Origin: Burkholderiales bacterium
GTDB taxonomy: Bacteria; Pseudomonadota; Gammaproteobacteria; Burkholderiales; JALYOK01
Reading direction: 5' to 3'
DNA length: 64,000 nucleotides
Assembly: GCA_046598945.1 (NCBI GenBank)
Contig: JBKJHT010000202.1
Span: forward strand, 5,222 to 69,221
The position numbers were made by a program, and so were the translations under genes. The notes beneath the pieces are model-generated. The model made no database searches and was not told the DNA's origin. It worked only from the letters and a program-made list of their open reading frames with translations. This document shows positions 56,352-64,000 of this stretch, in pieces; position 1 is the first letter of the stretch, and every line of letters starts with the position of its first letter.

Positions 56352-57665
56352 GTGACCATTAACGCCGCAGCCCGTAGCCTCGCGCCCGGCGTGCGCCGTC
56401 GAGAAGTGTGGGGTTGGTCGATGTACGACTTCGCCAACTCCGGCTACACCACCGTTGTTATCACCGCATTGTTCAACGCCTATTTCGTCGGCGTGGTGGC
56501 GCGCGATCAGTCATGGGCCACGTTGGCCTGGACCTTGGCGCTATCGCTTTCCTATGGGTTGATCATAATCACCGCCCCGGCCATCGGCTCTTATGCCGAT
56601 GCCCACGCCAACAAAAAACAATTGTTGATGATCACGACGATGGGCTGCGTCGCCTTCACCGCGGCATTGTATTGGGTCGGGCCGGGCGACGTGATGCTGG
56701 CGATGGTTTTGATCGTTCTGTCGAATTTTTTCTATGGCACAGGCGAAAATCTGAACGGCGCTTTTCTACCCGAACTCGCCCAGGCCGGTGCCCTCGGAAA
56801 AGTATCGGGTTGGGGCTGGAGCTTCGGTTATCTCGGCGGCTTAACCAGCCTCGGCGTCGCGCTTAGCTACGTCAATTGGGCGCAGGCGGCGGGACAGGGC
56901 GCGGCCGATTTTGTCCCGGTCGCCATGTTGCTCACGGCGCTGATATTCGCCCTCGCCAGCGTGCCGACGTTCGTATTTCTGCGCGAGCGCGGCGTTGCCC
57001 GGCCGCGCGTATCGACGACGTTACGCGCCTCACTGCGCCAATTTTTCGTGTCGCTGCGCAGCGTGCGCGCGTATCCCGACTTCATGCGTTTTTTGCTGTG
57101 CGGCGCCTGCTATCAAGCGGGAATTTCCACGGTCATCGCGTTGGCCGCAATCTACGCGCAGCAAGTCATGCATTTCGTCATGCAGCAAACCTTGTTACTT
57201 ATCATGCTGGTCAATATTACGGCGGCGATCGGCGCGTTCGCCTTCGGTTATCTGCAAGATCGTATCGGCCACCGCGCCACCCTTGCGATCACCCTGGTCG
57301 GTTGGATCGCGATGACCCTGCTCGCGTATTCGAGTCAGGGGGCGCCGATGTTTTGGGCCGCGGCAAACTTGGCCGGGCTGTGCATGGGCGCAAGCCAATC
57401 CGCCGGGCGAGCGATGGTCGGATTGTTTGCGCCGACAAATCGCCGTGCGGAGTTTTACGGCCTGTGGGGTGTCGCGACCCGATTATCCGCGATAATTGGC
57501 CCATTGACATATGGCCTGGTGACGTGGCTATCTGATGGCAATCATCGCCTGGCTATTCTGATCAGCGGATTTTCCTTCGTGCTCGGACTAATCGTGCTCG
57601 CGACGGTGAATATCGAACGCGGCCGCGCCGCTGCAAGCTCCCATTTGGGCAACATGATCGGATAA
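56352..57665 (+). CDS. MFS transporter (UMF1/Atg22-like family)
   Basis: GTG start. EVWGWSMYDFANSGYTTVVITALFNAYF is typical of the UMF1 family. About 12 TM helices. Confidence 0.8.
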   Translation: MTINAAARSLAPGVRRREVWGWSMYDFANSGYTTVVITALFNAYFVGVVARDQSWATLAWTLALSLSYGLIIITAPAIGSYADAHANKKQLLMITTMGCVAFTAALYWVGPGDVMLAMVLIVLSNFFYGTGENLNGAFLPELAQAGALGKVSGWGWSFGYLGGLTSLGVALSYVNWAQAAGQGAADFVPVAMLLTALIFALASVPTFVFLRERGVARPRVSTTLRASLRQFFVSLRSVRAYPDFMRFLLCGACYQAGISTVIALAAIYAQQVMHFVMQQTLLLIMLVNITAAIGAFAFGYLQDRIGHRATLAITLVGWIAMTLLAYSSQGAPMFWAAANLAGLCMGASQSAGRAMVGLFAPTNRRAEFYGLWGVATRLSAIIGPLTYGLVTWLSDGNHRLAILISGFSFVLGLIVLATVNIERGRAAASSHLGNMIG

Positions 57666-57757
57666 CGTCAAAAGCGCATTGGGGAATTTTAACGACAGGA
57701 CATCGTGCATTGCATCTTGGCGAGCATTTTCCAAACAAAGCATTCGTGCGTAGTACA

Positions 57758-58255
57758 TCATCGTTTCCGTTTTTTCGCGCCCGATGATTGAGGCGCAGGT
57801 ACAAGTGGCGTAAGACTCTGCTTGAGTCGGCGTAACACGAAGCTCGATTTAGAGTGCCGAATACCGGGAATGCGATAAAGCCGCTCGCGGAGCAACCGTT
57901 CGTAATCGCGCGTATCCCGCACCGCGATGCGGATATGGTAATCGTAGTCCCCGGAAATTAAGAAAGCCTCGAGCACTTCCGGGATTTCCTCCAGCGCCTT
58001 GCCGAAGGCGTCAAGCGTTTCGTCGTTATGGCTTTCCAACGTAACCTGCACGATTACCGTTTCCGTATAGCCAATGGCGGCGGGATCGATTCGCACCGTA
58101 TAGCCTAAGATCACGCCTTCCTTCTCCATTTTTTTGATGCGCGCCCAGCATGGCGTGGTGGAAAGGCCTACTTGCGTACTGACGTCTTGCAGGCTGGCGC
58201 GGGCGTCCTGCTGCAGAACGTCCAGTATCGCAATATCGAAATTATCGAGGATCAT
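57758..58255 (-). CDS. Lrp/AsnC-family transcriptional regulator
   Basis: LDNFDIAILDVLQQDARASLQDVSTQVGLSTTPCWARIKKMEKEGVI (HTH) plus a RAM/AsnC_trans_reg C-terminal domain. Confidence 0.9.
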   Translation of the reverse strand: MILDNFDIAILDVLQQDARASLQDVSTQVGLSTTPCWARIKKMEKEGVILGYTVRIDPAAIGYTETVIVQVTLESHNDETLDAFGKALEEIPEVLEAFLISGDYDYHIRIAVRDTRDYERLLRERLYRIPGIRHSKSSFVLRRLKQSLTPLVPAPQSSGAKKRKR

Positions 58256-58263
58256 TCTAAATA

Positions 58264-58323
58264 GTCACAGAAAACAGAATAATCATTCTAATGCTATTCT
58301 CATAACTTAGAATATTCAGAAGC
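58264..58323. promoter_or_regulatory. ATTCTAA motif triplet (two direct copies, one inverted) in the divergent Lrp / ThDP-enzyme promoter region
   Basis: ATTCTAA occurs at 58264-58270 and 58295-58301, and TTAGAAT at 58317-58323. The region is AT-rich and lies between divergent genes, making it a candidate Lrp operator. Confidence 0.35.
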
Positions 58324-58357
58324 CTTTTCTGGGTAAAAATAGGTATCATTTCTATCC

Positions 58358-60157
58358 ATGGACGATAGCGTTTACAACTCTCCCCTGGCTTGGCCTACCC
58401 ACAAACCCGGGCCAACTAACCAGAAAACCGGCGCGCAAGTGTTAATCGACACGCTTGTGGGGCTGGGCGTCGATACGATTTTCGGCTATCCGGGCGGTGC
58501 CGTGCTGCCCATTTACGACGCCTTGTATGCTGAGGGCCGAGTACGTCACATCCTGGTGCGGCACGAGCAAGCGGCGGTTCATGCCGCGGAGGGTTATGCT
58601 CGCACGACCGGTAGACCCGGTGTCGTCTTGGTTACGTCCGGCCCCGGCATCAGCAACACCACCACAGGGCTAATGGATGCCTTGTGCGATTCGATTCCGA
58701 TCGTATGTATCAGCGGACAGGTTCCTTCAAACGTGATCGGCACCGATGCGTTTCAGGAATGCGATGCCTTGGGAATTTCGCGGCCCGTGACCAAATGGAA
58801 CGTACAAATCCAAAGTCCGCAGGGTATCCAAGACGCGGTGCATCGCGCTTTCAAGATTGCCACCGAGGGGCGGCCGGGACCGGTGCTGATCGATTTCCCC
58901 AAAGATATTCAGATGGCCACTGTACAAGATAGGCCGCAGCAACTAAAAATAGACTCTGGTCAAGCGCAGCGCAATATTCCCTCCAATGGATTAGCGCTGC
59001 GAAATTTGAGTCAGGCCGCGGACATGATTCGCGCCGCTGAGCGTCCGATATTTTATGGTGGTGGCGGTTTGATCAACTCGGGCCCCGCTGCATGCGCAGC
59101 ATTTGCCCGAATCGTAAAGCACTGCAACGCGCCCTGTACTTTAACGCTAATGGGCCTCGGCGCCTTTCCCGCTTCCGATCCGCATTTCGTCGGTATGTTG
59201 GGTATGCACGGCACGTTGGAAGCGAATCTCGCGATGCATCACGCCGATTTAGTCGTGTGCGTGGGCGCGCGGTTCGACGATCGCGTAACCGCGCGCCTCG
59301 CGGATTTCTGCCCAAATGCCAAAAAGATCCACATCGATATCGATCCCTCTTCCATCAACAAAGTCGTACGCGTCGATGCGTCGTTGGTCGGTGATTGCGA
59401 AGAATTGCTTGTCAGCTTAGAAAAGGACGTCCTCGCACACGCCAGAAATCCGAACCAATTGCGCGAATGGTGGCAAGCACTTGCCGGCTGGCAGCAACAA
59501 AACTGTTTGCAATTCGAAGGTCGTGACGATTGCATCCTGCCGCAGCACCTCATGACTTCGTTGCGCGAGCAGATAGCAGGGCGCGATGTCATTGTTGCGA
59601 CGGATGTAGGTCAGCACCAAATGTGGGCCGCGCAATACCTCAGAATAGAACAACCGCGGCGCTGGTTAACATCCGGTGGCGCCGGCACCATGGGCTACGG
59701 ATTACCCGCCGCGATCGGTGCGCAAATCGCGCACCCGGACAAGCTCGTCGTGTGCGTAAGCGGCGACGCGTCGATCCTAATGAACATCCAAGAGTTGTCG
59801 ACGGCGGTGCAACATCGAGCCCCCGTAAAGGTGATCCTATGCAATAACGGCTACATGGGCATGGTGCGCCAGTGGCAAGAATTGATTCATCAGGGACGTT
59901 ACAGCCACAGCTACACCGAGGCCTTGCCCGATTTCGTTGCGGTTGCCAAAGGGTTTGGTTGGAGTGCTAGCCGAGTATCGAACCCGCATGAACTTGAAAA
60001 CGAGCTTCGCCAATGCTTGGCCGCGCCGGGGCCTTACTTTCTCGACGTAGTCGTGCAGCCACAAGAGAATTGCTTCCCGATGATTCTCGCCGGTTCCGGT
60101 CATCATGAAATTATGCTTTCGGCGAACCGAGTGTACAGATCAAACCAAATGTTTTAA
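58358..60157 (+). CDS. Acetolactate synthase large (catalytic) subunit-like ThDP enzyme, no adjacent small subunit
   Basis: GAQVLIDTLVGLGVDTIFGYPGGAVLPIYDAL, VRHEQAAVHAAEGYARTTG, TSGPGISNTTTG, TDAFQECD, GRPGPVLIDFPKD, and ThDP motif GDASILMNIQEL...NNGYMGMV. Confidence 0.85.
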   Translation: MDDSVYNSPLAWPTHKPGPTNQKTGAQVLIDTLVGLGVDTIFGYPGGAVLPIYDALYAEGRVRHILVRHEQAAVHAAEGYARTTGRPGVVLVTSGPGISNTTTGLMDALCDSIPIVCISGQVPSNVIGTDAFQECDALGISRPVTKWNVQIQSPQGIQDAVHRAFKIATEGRPGPVLIDFPKDIQMATVQDRPQQLKIDSGQAQRNIPSNGLALRNLSQAADMIRAAERPIFYGGGGLINSGPAACAAFARIVKHCNAPCTLTLMGLGAFPASDPHFVGMLGMHGTLEANLAMHHADLVVCVGARFDDRVTARLADFCPNAKKIHIDIDPSSINKVVRVDASLVGDCEELLVSLEKDVLAHARNPNQLREWWQALAGWQQQNCLQFEGRDDCILPQHLMTSLREQIAGRDVIVATDVGQHQMWAAQYLRIEQPRRWLTSGGAGTMGYGLPAAIGAQIAHPDKLVVCVSGDASILMNIQELSTAVQHRAPVKVILCNNGYMGMVRQWQELIHQGRYSHSYTEALPDFVAVAKGFGWSASRVSNPHELENELRQCLAAPGPYFLDVVVQPQENCFPMILAGSGHHEIMLSANRVYRSNQMF

Positions 60158-60272
60158 CCCACAACCCGAATTAGTTTACCGACTTTCGCGCCTACCCGGA
60201 GCGCAAAGTCAGCGACGGCGCCGCCTGACCAGGCCAAGCGGAACCATTGGTCGAATCCTACAGGAGGCAGAC

Positions 60273-63200
60273 ATGCAAGCAGCAGTATTGAAAGCGGTAA
60301 CATTGGAAGACAAGTACCTCGCGCAAAAAGGCCGCATCTATCTCAGCGGCGTTCAGGCGCTGGTGCGCCTTCCGCTCATTCAGCGGCTACGCGATGTCGC
60401 AGCGGGCCTAAATACCGCGGGGTTTATTTCCGGCTATCGCGGCTCGCCGCTCGGTGGTTTGGACGAAGCCTTATGGAAGGCAACCAAACATCTTGATGCG
60501 AATCACATTAAGTTCGTTCCCGGCGTGAATGAAGAACTCGCCGCCACGGCGGTCTGGGGTTCGCAACAAGTGCACTTGATCGGCGAGTCCGACTACGACG
60601 GCGTGTTCGCCCTGTGGTACGGCAAAGGCCCGGGTGTCGATCGCTGTGGTGACGTGTTCAAGCACATGAACTTCGCCGGCACCTCGAAGTATGGCGGTGT
60701 GTTACTCATTGCCGGCGACGACCATGGCGCCTACTCATCTACGCTACCGCATCAGAGCGATCATCTGTTCGCCGCATCGATGATTCCGGTGCTGTACCCC
60801 TGCAACGTGCAGGATTACATCGAATTGGGATTGCATGGCTGGGCCATGTCGCGCTTCTCCGGTTGCGCGGTCGGGTTTAAAGCATTGGCCGATACCGTCG
60901 AGTCTTCTGCATCCATCGAAGCCGATCCGTTTGCGGTTCAAATCGTCTTACCCAAAGATGTGCCCATTCCAGAAGGCGGACTTAATTGCCGTCTTTCCAC
61001 CGATATGCTCGGCGTGCAGGCGCGCAAGCAAGAAGCGTTAATGCAGGATCACAAGATCTACGCCGCCATTGCCTATGCGCGCGCTAACAAACTCAACCGC
61101 ATCACCATCGATTCGCCAAAAGCTAAGCTGGGCATTATCGCCTCGGGCAAATCCTACATGGACGTGCTGGAGGCGCTCGAGGAACTCGGTATCACCGAGC
61201 AGAAAGCCGCCGAAATCGGTGTGCGGTTGTTCAAGGTGTCCATGCCTTGGCCGCTGGAGCCGGAGGGCGTGCGTGAATTCGCCCGTGGATTGGAAGAAAT
61301 TCTTGTCGTGGAAGAAAAACGGCAACTAGTGGAATACCAACTCAAGGAGCATCTCTACAACTGGCAAGCCGACGTACGACCGCGCGTGATCGGTAAGTTC
61401 GATGAAGGTGGCGAGTGGGTCGGCGCGCGCGGCGAATGGTTGCTGCCGGCCAAAAGCGATTTCTCCATCGCCCAGATTGCCCGCGTGATCGCCGGACGCA
61501 TCGCGCGCTTTCATACCAGCGACCTCATCAAAGCGAAGCTCTCCTTTCTGGATGCGAAAGAGAGTGTGCTAAAGAAGGCGGTGGATACACCGATTCGTCC
61601 CGCCTATTATTGTTCCGGCTGCCCGCACAATCGATCGACCAAAGTGCCGGACGGCAGTTTGGCGTTGGCGGGGATCGGCTGTCACGTTATGGCTACAGCC
61701 ATCTACCCCGAACACAATAAGACCACCACGCAAATGGGTGGCGAGGGCGCGACGTGGATCGGTCAGGCCGCCTTCTCCAAGCGATCTCACGTGTTTGCTA
61801 ATCTCGGTGACGGGACTTACTTTCACTCGGGTTATTTGGCCATTCGCGCCGCGCTTGCCGCCAACGTCAACATCACCTACAAGATTCTGTACAACGATGC
61901 CGTGGCGATGACGGGCGGGCAACCGGTGGACGGTACCGTGAGCGTACCGTTGATCGCGCAACAGATGGCGGCGGAAGGTGTACTGCGTATCGCACTGGTG
62001 ACCGAAGACCTGTCGCGGTACAAGGACCGCTCCCAATTGCCCTCCTTTGTGACGTTGCATGAACGCACGGATCTCGACGCGGTACAAACAGAATTACGCG
62101 ACGTGAAAGGCGTGTCAGTTCTAATTTACGATCAGACCTGCGCGGCCGAAAAACGGCGCCGACGCAAAAAAGGCGAATTCCCCCAAGCCAAGGCGCGAGT
62201 ATTCATCAATGAAGCGGTGTGCGAAGGCTGCGGCGATTGCGGCATACAGTCCAACTGCACCTCCATCTTGCCGTTGGAAACTGATTTCGGCCGCAAACGT
62301 GTCATTGATCAATCCTCTTGTAATCAGGACTTGACCTGCGTAGAAGGTTTTTGTCCCAGTTTCGTGACGGTGGAAGGCGCGCAGGTCAAGAAAACTCGCG
62401 CGCGGAACGATGCGGCATCCATGGAGTCGGTCGATTTGCCGGATCCCAAGTTGCCTACACTTCATGAATCGAATTACAACATCCTCATAACGGGCATCGG
62501 CGGCACGGGCGTGATCACCATCGGTGCGCTGCTCGGTATGGCCGGACATCTGGAGGGCAAGGGCGTATCGGTACTCGATATGACCGGCATGTCGCAGAAG
62601 AACGGCGCCGTGACGTCGCATGTACGCATTGCCACACATCCAGACGCTATTCACGCACAACGTATCGCGACCGGCGAGGCGCATTTGATTCTCGGTTGCG
62701 ACATGTTGACCGCCGGGGCACAGGATGCCATCGCCAAGACCCGCCCGGGCATGACTGTAGCTGTAATCAACACGCACGAACAACCACCAGGCCAGTTCGC
62801 TCAGAATCCGGATTGGCAGTTTCCGTCCGACGCAATTCGCTCCCTGATCGACGAAGCGGTGGCCGGCCGTTCGCATTTTGTTGATGCGACACGGATAGCC
62901 ACCGCGTTGCTGGGTGATTCCATCGCGGCCAATCTTTTTATGCTTGGATATGCGTTTCAAAAAGGCCTCATACCGTTAAGCGCCGCGTCGTTGCGACGCG
63001 CAATCGAACTGAACGCGGTGGCGGTGGATAGCAACACACAGGCATTCCAATGGGGCCGGCGTGCGGCCATCGATACCGCGCTCGTGGAACGCGAGATCGC
63101 ACCGGCAAAACCCGTAGTGGTATCGATCCCAGAGAGTTTGGACGTAACCGTGCGCAAGCGCGTCGCAATCCTGACCCAGTACCAGAACGCCGACTATGCG

Positions 63201-63797
63201 GATCGTTATGAAACCTTCATCAATAAGGTGCGAACTGTGGAAGCAAAACTGGGCAAAGGCGATGCACTTACCAAAGCTGTCGCGCGGTCGTTTTTCAAAC
63301 TGATGGCCTACAAGGACGAATACGAAGTGGCGCGACTTTACGCCGACGGTGAATTCGAAAAACGTCTTAAAGCGACCTTCGACGGCAACTACAAGTTGAA
63401 GTTTAATCTCGCGCCCCCGTTGTTCTCAAAGCGCGACGCGCAAGGTCATTTAATCAAGGCGGCATATGGTTCGTGGGTATGGCGCGCGTTCAAACTGCTT
63501 GCGAAGCTAAAGTTTCTGCGTGGTACGGCACTGGATATATTCGGCAAGACGGCCGAACGACGCATGGAGCGACAACTTATTACGGACTACGTGTCGACTA
63601 TGGAGGACGTGCTGGGGTGTCTAAGCGGGTCTAATTTGAACCAGGCCATCGAACTGGCAGGGTTGCCGGAACAAATTCGCGGCTTCGGGCACGTCAAGCA
63701 CGCCAGCGTGGATAAAGTCCGAGCGCAGTGGCACTTGCTGCATCAAGCCATCACGGGCCGCGCGGTTGTCATCGCACCGTCGCAAAAGGCCGCGTGA
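60273..63797 (+). CDS. Fused indolepyruvate/2-oxoacid:ferredoxin oxidoreductase (IorA-IorB fusion, about 1174 aa)
   Basis: The start is moved to ATG 60273, 6 nt after AGGAGG. LSGVQALVRLPL, ThDP-binding GDGTYFHSG, ferredoxin-like CEGCGDCGIQSNC, and a C-terminal gamma-like domain. Confidence 0.85.
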   Translation: MQAAVLKAVTLEDKYLAQKGRIYLSGVQALVRLPLIQRLRDVAAGLNTAGFISGYRGSPLGGLDEALWKATKHLDANHIKFVPGVNEELAATAVWGSQQVHLIGESDYDGVFALWYGKGPGVDRCGDVFKHMNFAGTSKYGGVLLIAGDDHGAYSSTLPHQSDHLFAASMIPVLYPCNVQDYIELGLHGWAMSRFSGCAVGFKALADTVESSASIEADPFAVQIVLPKDVPIPEGGLNCRLSTDMLGVQARKQEALMQDHKIYAAIAYARANKLNRITIDSPKAKLGIIASGKSYMDVLEALEELGITEQKAAEIGVRLFKVSMPWPLEPEGVREFARGLEEILVVEEKRQLVEYQLKEHLYNWQADVRPRVIGKFDEGGEWVGARGEWLLPAKSDFSIAQIARVIAGRIARFHTSDLIKAKLSFLDAKESVLKKAVDTPIRPAYYCSGCPHNRSTKVPDGSLALAGIGCHVMATAIYPEHNKTTTQMGGEGATWIGQAAFSKRSHVFANLGDGTYFHSGYLAIRAALAANVNITYKILYNDAVAMTGGQPVDGTVSVPLIAQQMAAEGVLRIALVTEDLSRYKDRSQLPSFVTLHERTDLDAVQTELRDVKGVSVLIYDQTCAAEKRRRRKKGEFPQAKARVFINEAVCEGCGDCGIQSNCTSILPLETDFGRKRVIDQSSCNQDLTCVEGFCPSFVTVEGAQVKKTRARNDAASMESVDLPDPKLPTLHESNYNILITGIGGTGVITIGALLGMAGHLEGKGVSVLDMTGMSQKNGAVTSHVRIATHPDAIHAQRIATGEAHLILGCDMLTAGAQDAIAKTRPGMTVAVINTHEQPPGQFAQNPDWQFPSDAIRSLIDEAVAGRSHFVDATRIATALLGDSIAANLFMLGYAFQKGLIPLSAASLRRAIELNAVAVDSNTQAFQWGRRAAIDTALVEREIAPAKPVVVSIPESLDVTVRKRVAILTQYQNADYADRYETFINKVRTVEAKLGKGDALTKAVARSFFKLMAYKDEYEVARLYADGEFEKRLKATFDGNYKLKFNLAPPLFSKRDAQGHLIKAAYGSWVWRAFKLLAKLKFLRGTALDIFGKTAERRMERQLITDYVSTMEDVLGCLSGSNLNQAIELAGLPEQIRGFGHVKHASVDKVRAQWHLLHQAITGRAVVIAPSQKAA

Positions 63798-64000
63798 TCC
63801 CCATGCGCGCCGAGAGTATCCGATGGTGAGTAATCAAAATGCGGTTTCCATCAATATCGATGCGGCATAGCGCGGGAGCAAAAGCGGTCAACTGCCGTTT
63901 CTAGGTTGAAAGCACAAATCGTTTCTGTCCCTCCCGCTGGATTTCCGCTTTCTCGCGTATCCCATTTTGGTGTTTTGATCGATTGTGCCAGTTCTAAGCA

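Noticed and set aside
62121-62960. 279-aa minus-strand ORF
   Set aside because: It is antisense to the fused indolepyruvate:ferredoxin oxidoreductase gene and has no motifs.
1-64000. Search for transposases, integrases, phage genes, toxin-antitoxin pairs, restriction-modification genes and CRISPR-cas
   Set aside because: None of the ORF translations shows DDE/HUH transposase, tyrosine/serine recombinase, capsid/terminase, methyltransferase or Cas motifs. The accessory regions appear to be bounded only by small non-autonomous repeats.

Overview
This is a 64-kb chromosomal window from a Beta- or Gammaproteobacterium. The order cannot be resolved from sequence alone; the evidence is the tpiA-secG-tRNA-Leu-nuoA..N synteny and a GC content in the mid to upper 50s percent by eye. 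It holds about 60 genes.

Housekeeping blocks:
- two UbiH-family hydroxylases, dsbC, mltA and apaG
- a yybP-ykoY (Mn2+) riboswitch in front of a TerC-family gene
- rpe-gph-trpE and tpiA-secG-tRNA-Leu(GAG)
- the complete 14-gene nuoA-N operon, a NUDIX hydrolase, pdxH and glnS

Accessory blocks:
- (i) 9.5-17.1 kb, a phosphate/arsenic island. It has a Pho box and pstSCAB but no phoU. An intact aioB sits next to a decayed aioA, which has roughly 480 codons deleted out of frame, an in-frame TAA and a 1-nt insertion. A translationally coupled arsR-arsI-arsC-aqpS operon follows.
- (ii) 17.3-19.3 kb, an AT-richer two-gene module. A DUF3237 protein is divergent from a single-pass membrane protein with a cytoplasmic TIR domain and a periplasmic, apparently non-catalytic FGE-sulfatase (SUMF1-like) domain. 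This is my top candidate for an undescribed sensor/effector (defence-like) system.
- (iii) 36-64 kb, mixed metabolic and regulatory genes: CoA-transferase/enoyl-CoA hydratase, a YHS lipoprotein, an HExxH membrane protein, a histone-H1-like/SWIB fusion, a DUF1111 dihaem protein, a GGDEF cyclase, a vWA lipoprotein with ECF sigma/anti-sigma, and an Lrp regulator with an orphan AHAS large subunit and a fused indolepyruvate:ferredoxin oxidoreductase.

Structured intergenic repeats occupy at least eight gaps, including three junctions inside the nuo operon. I saw no transposase, integrase, prophage, CRISPR array or rRNA. All protein family calls come from motif recognition by eye and need HMM/BLAST confirmation.
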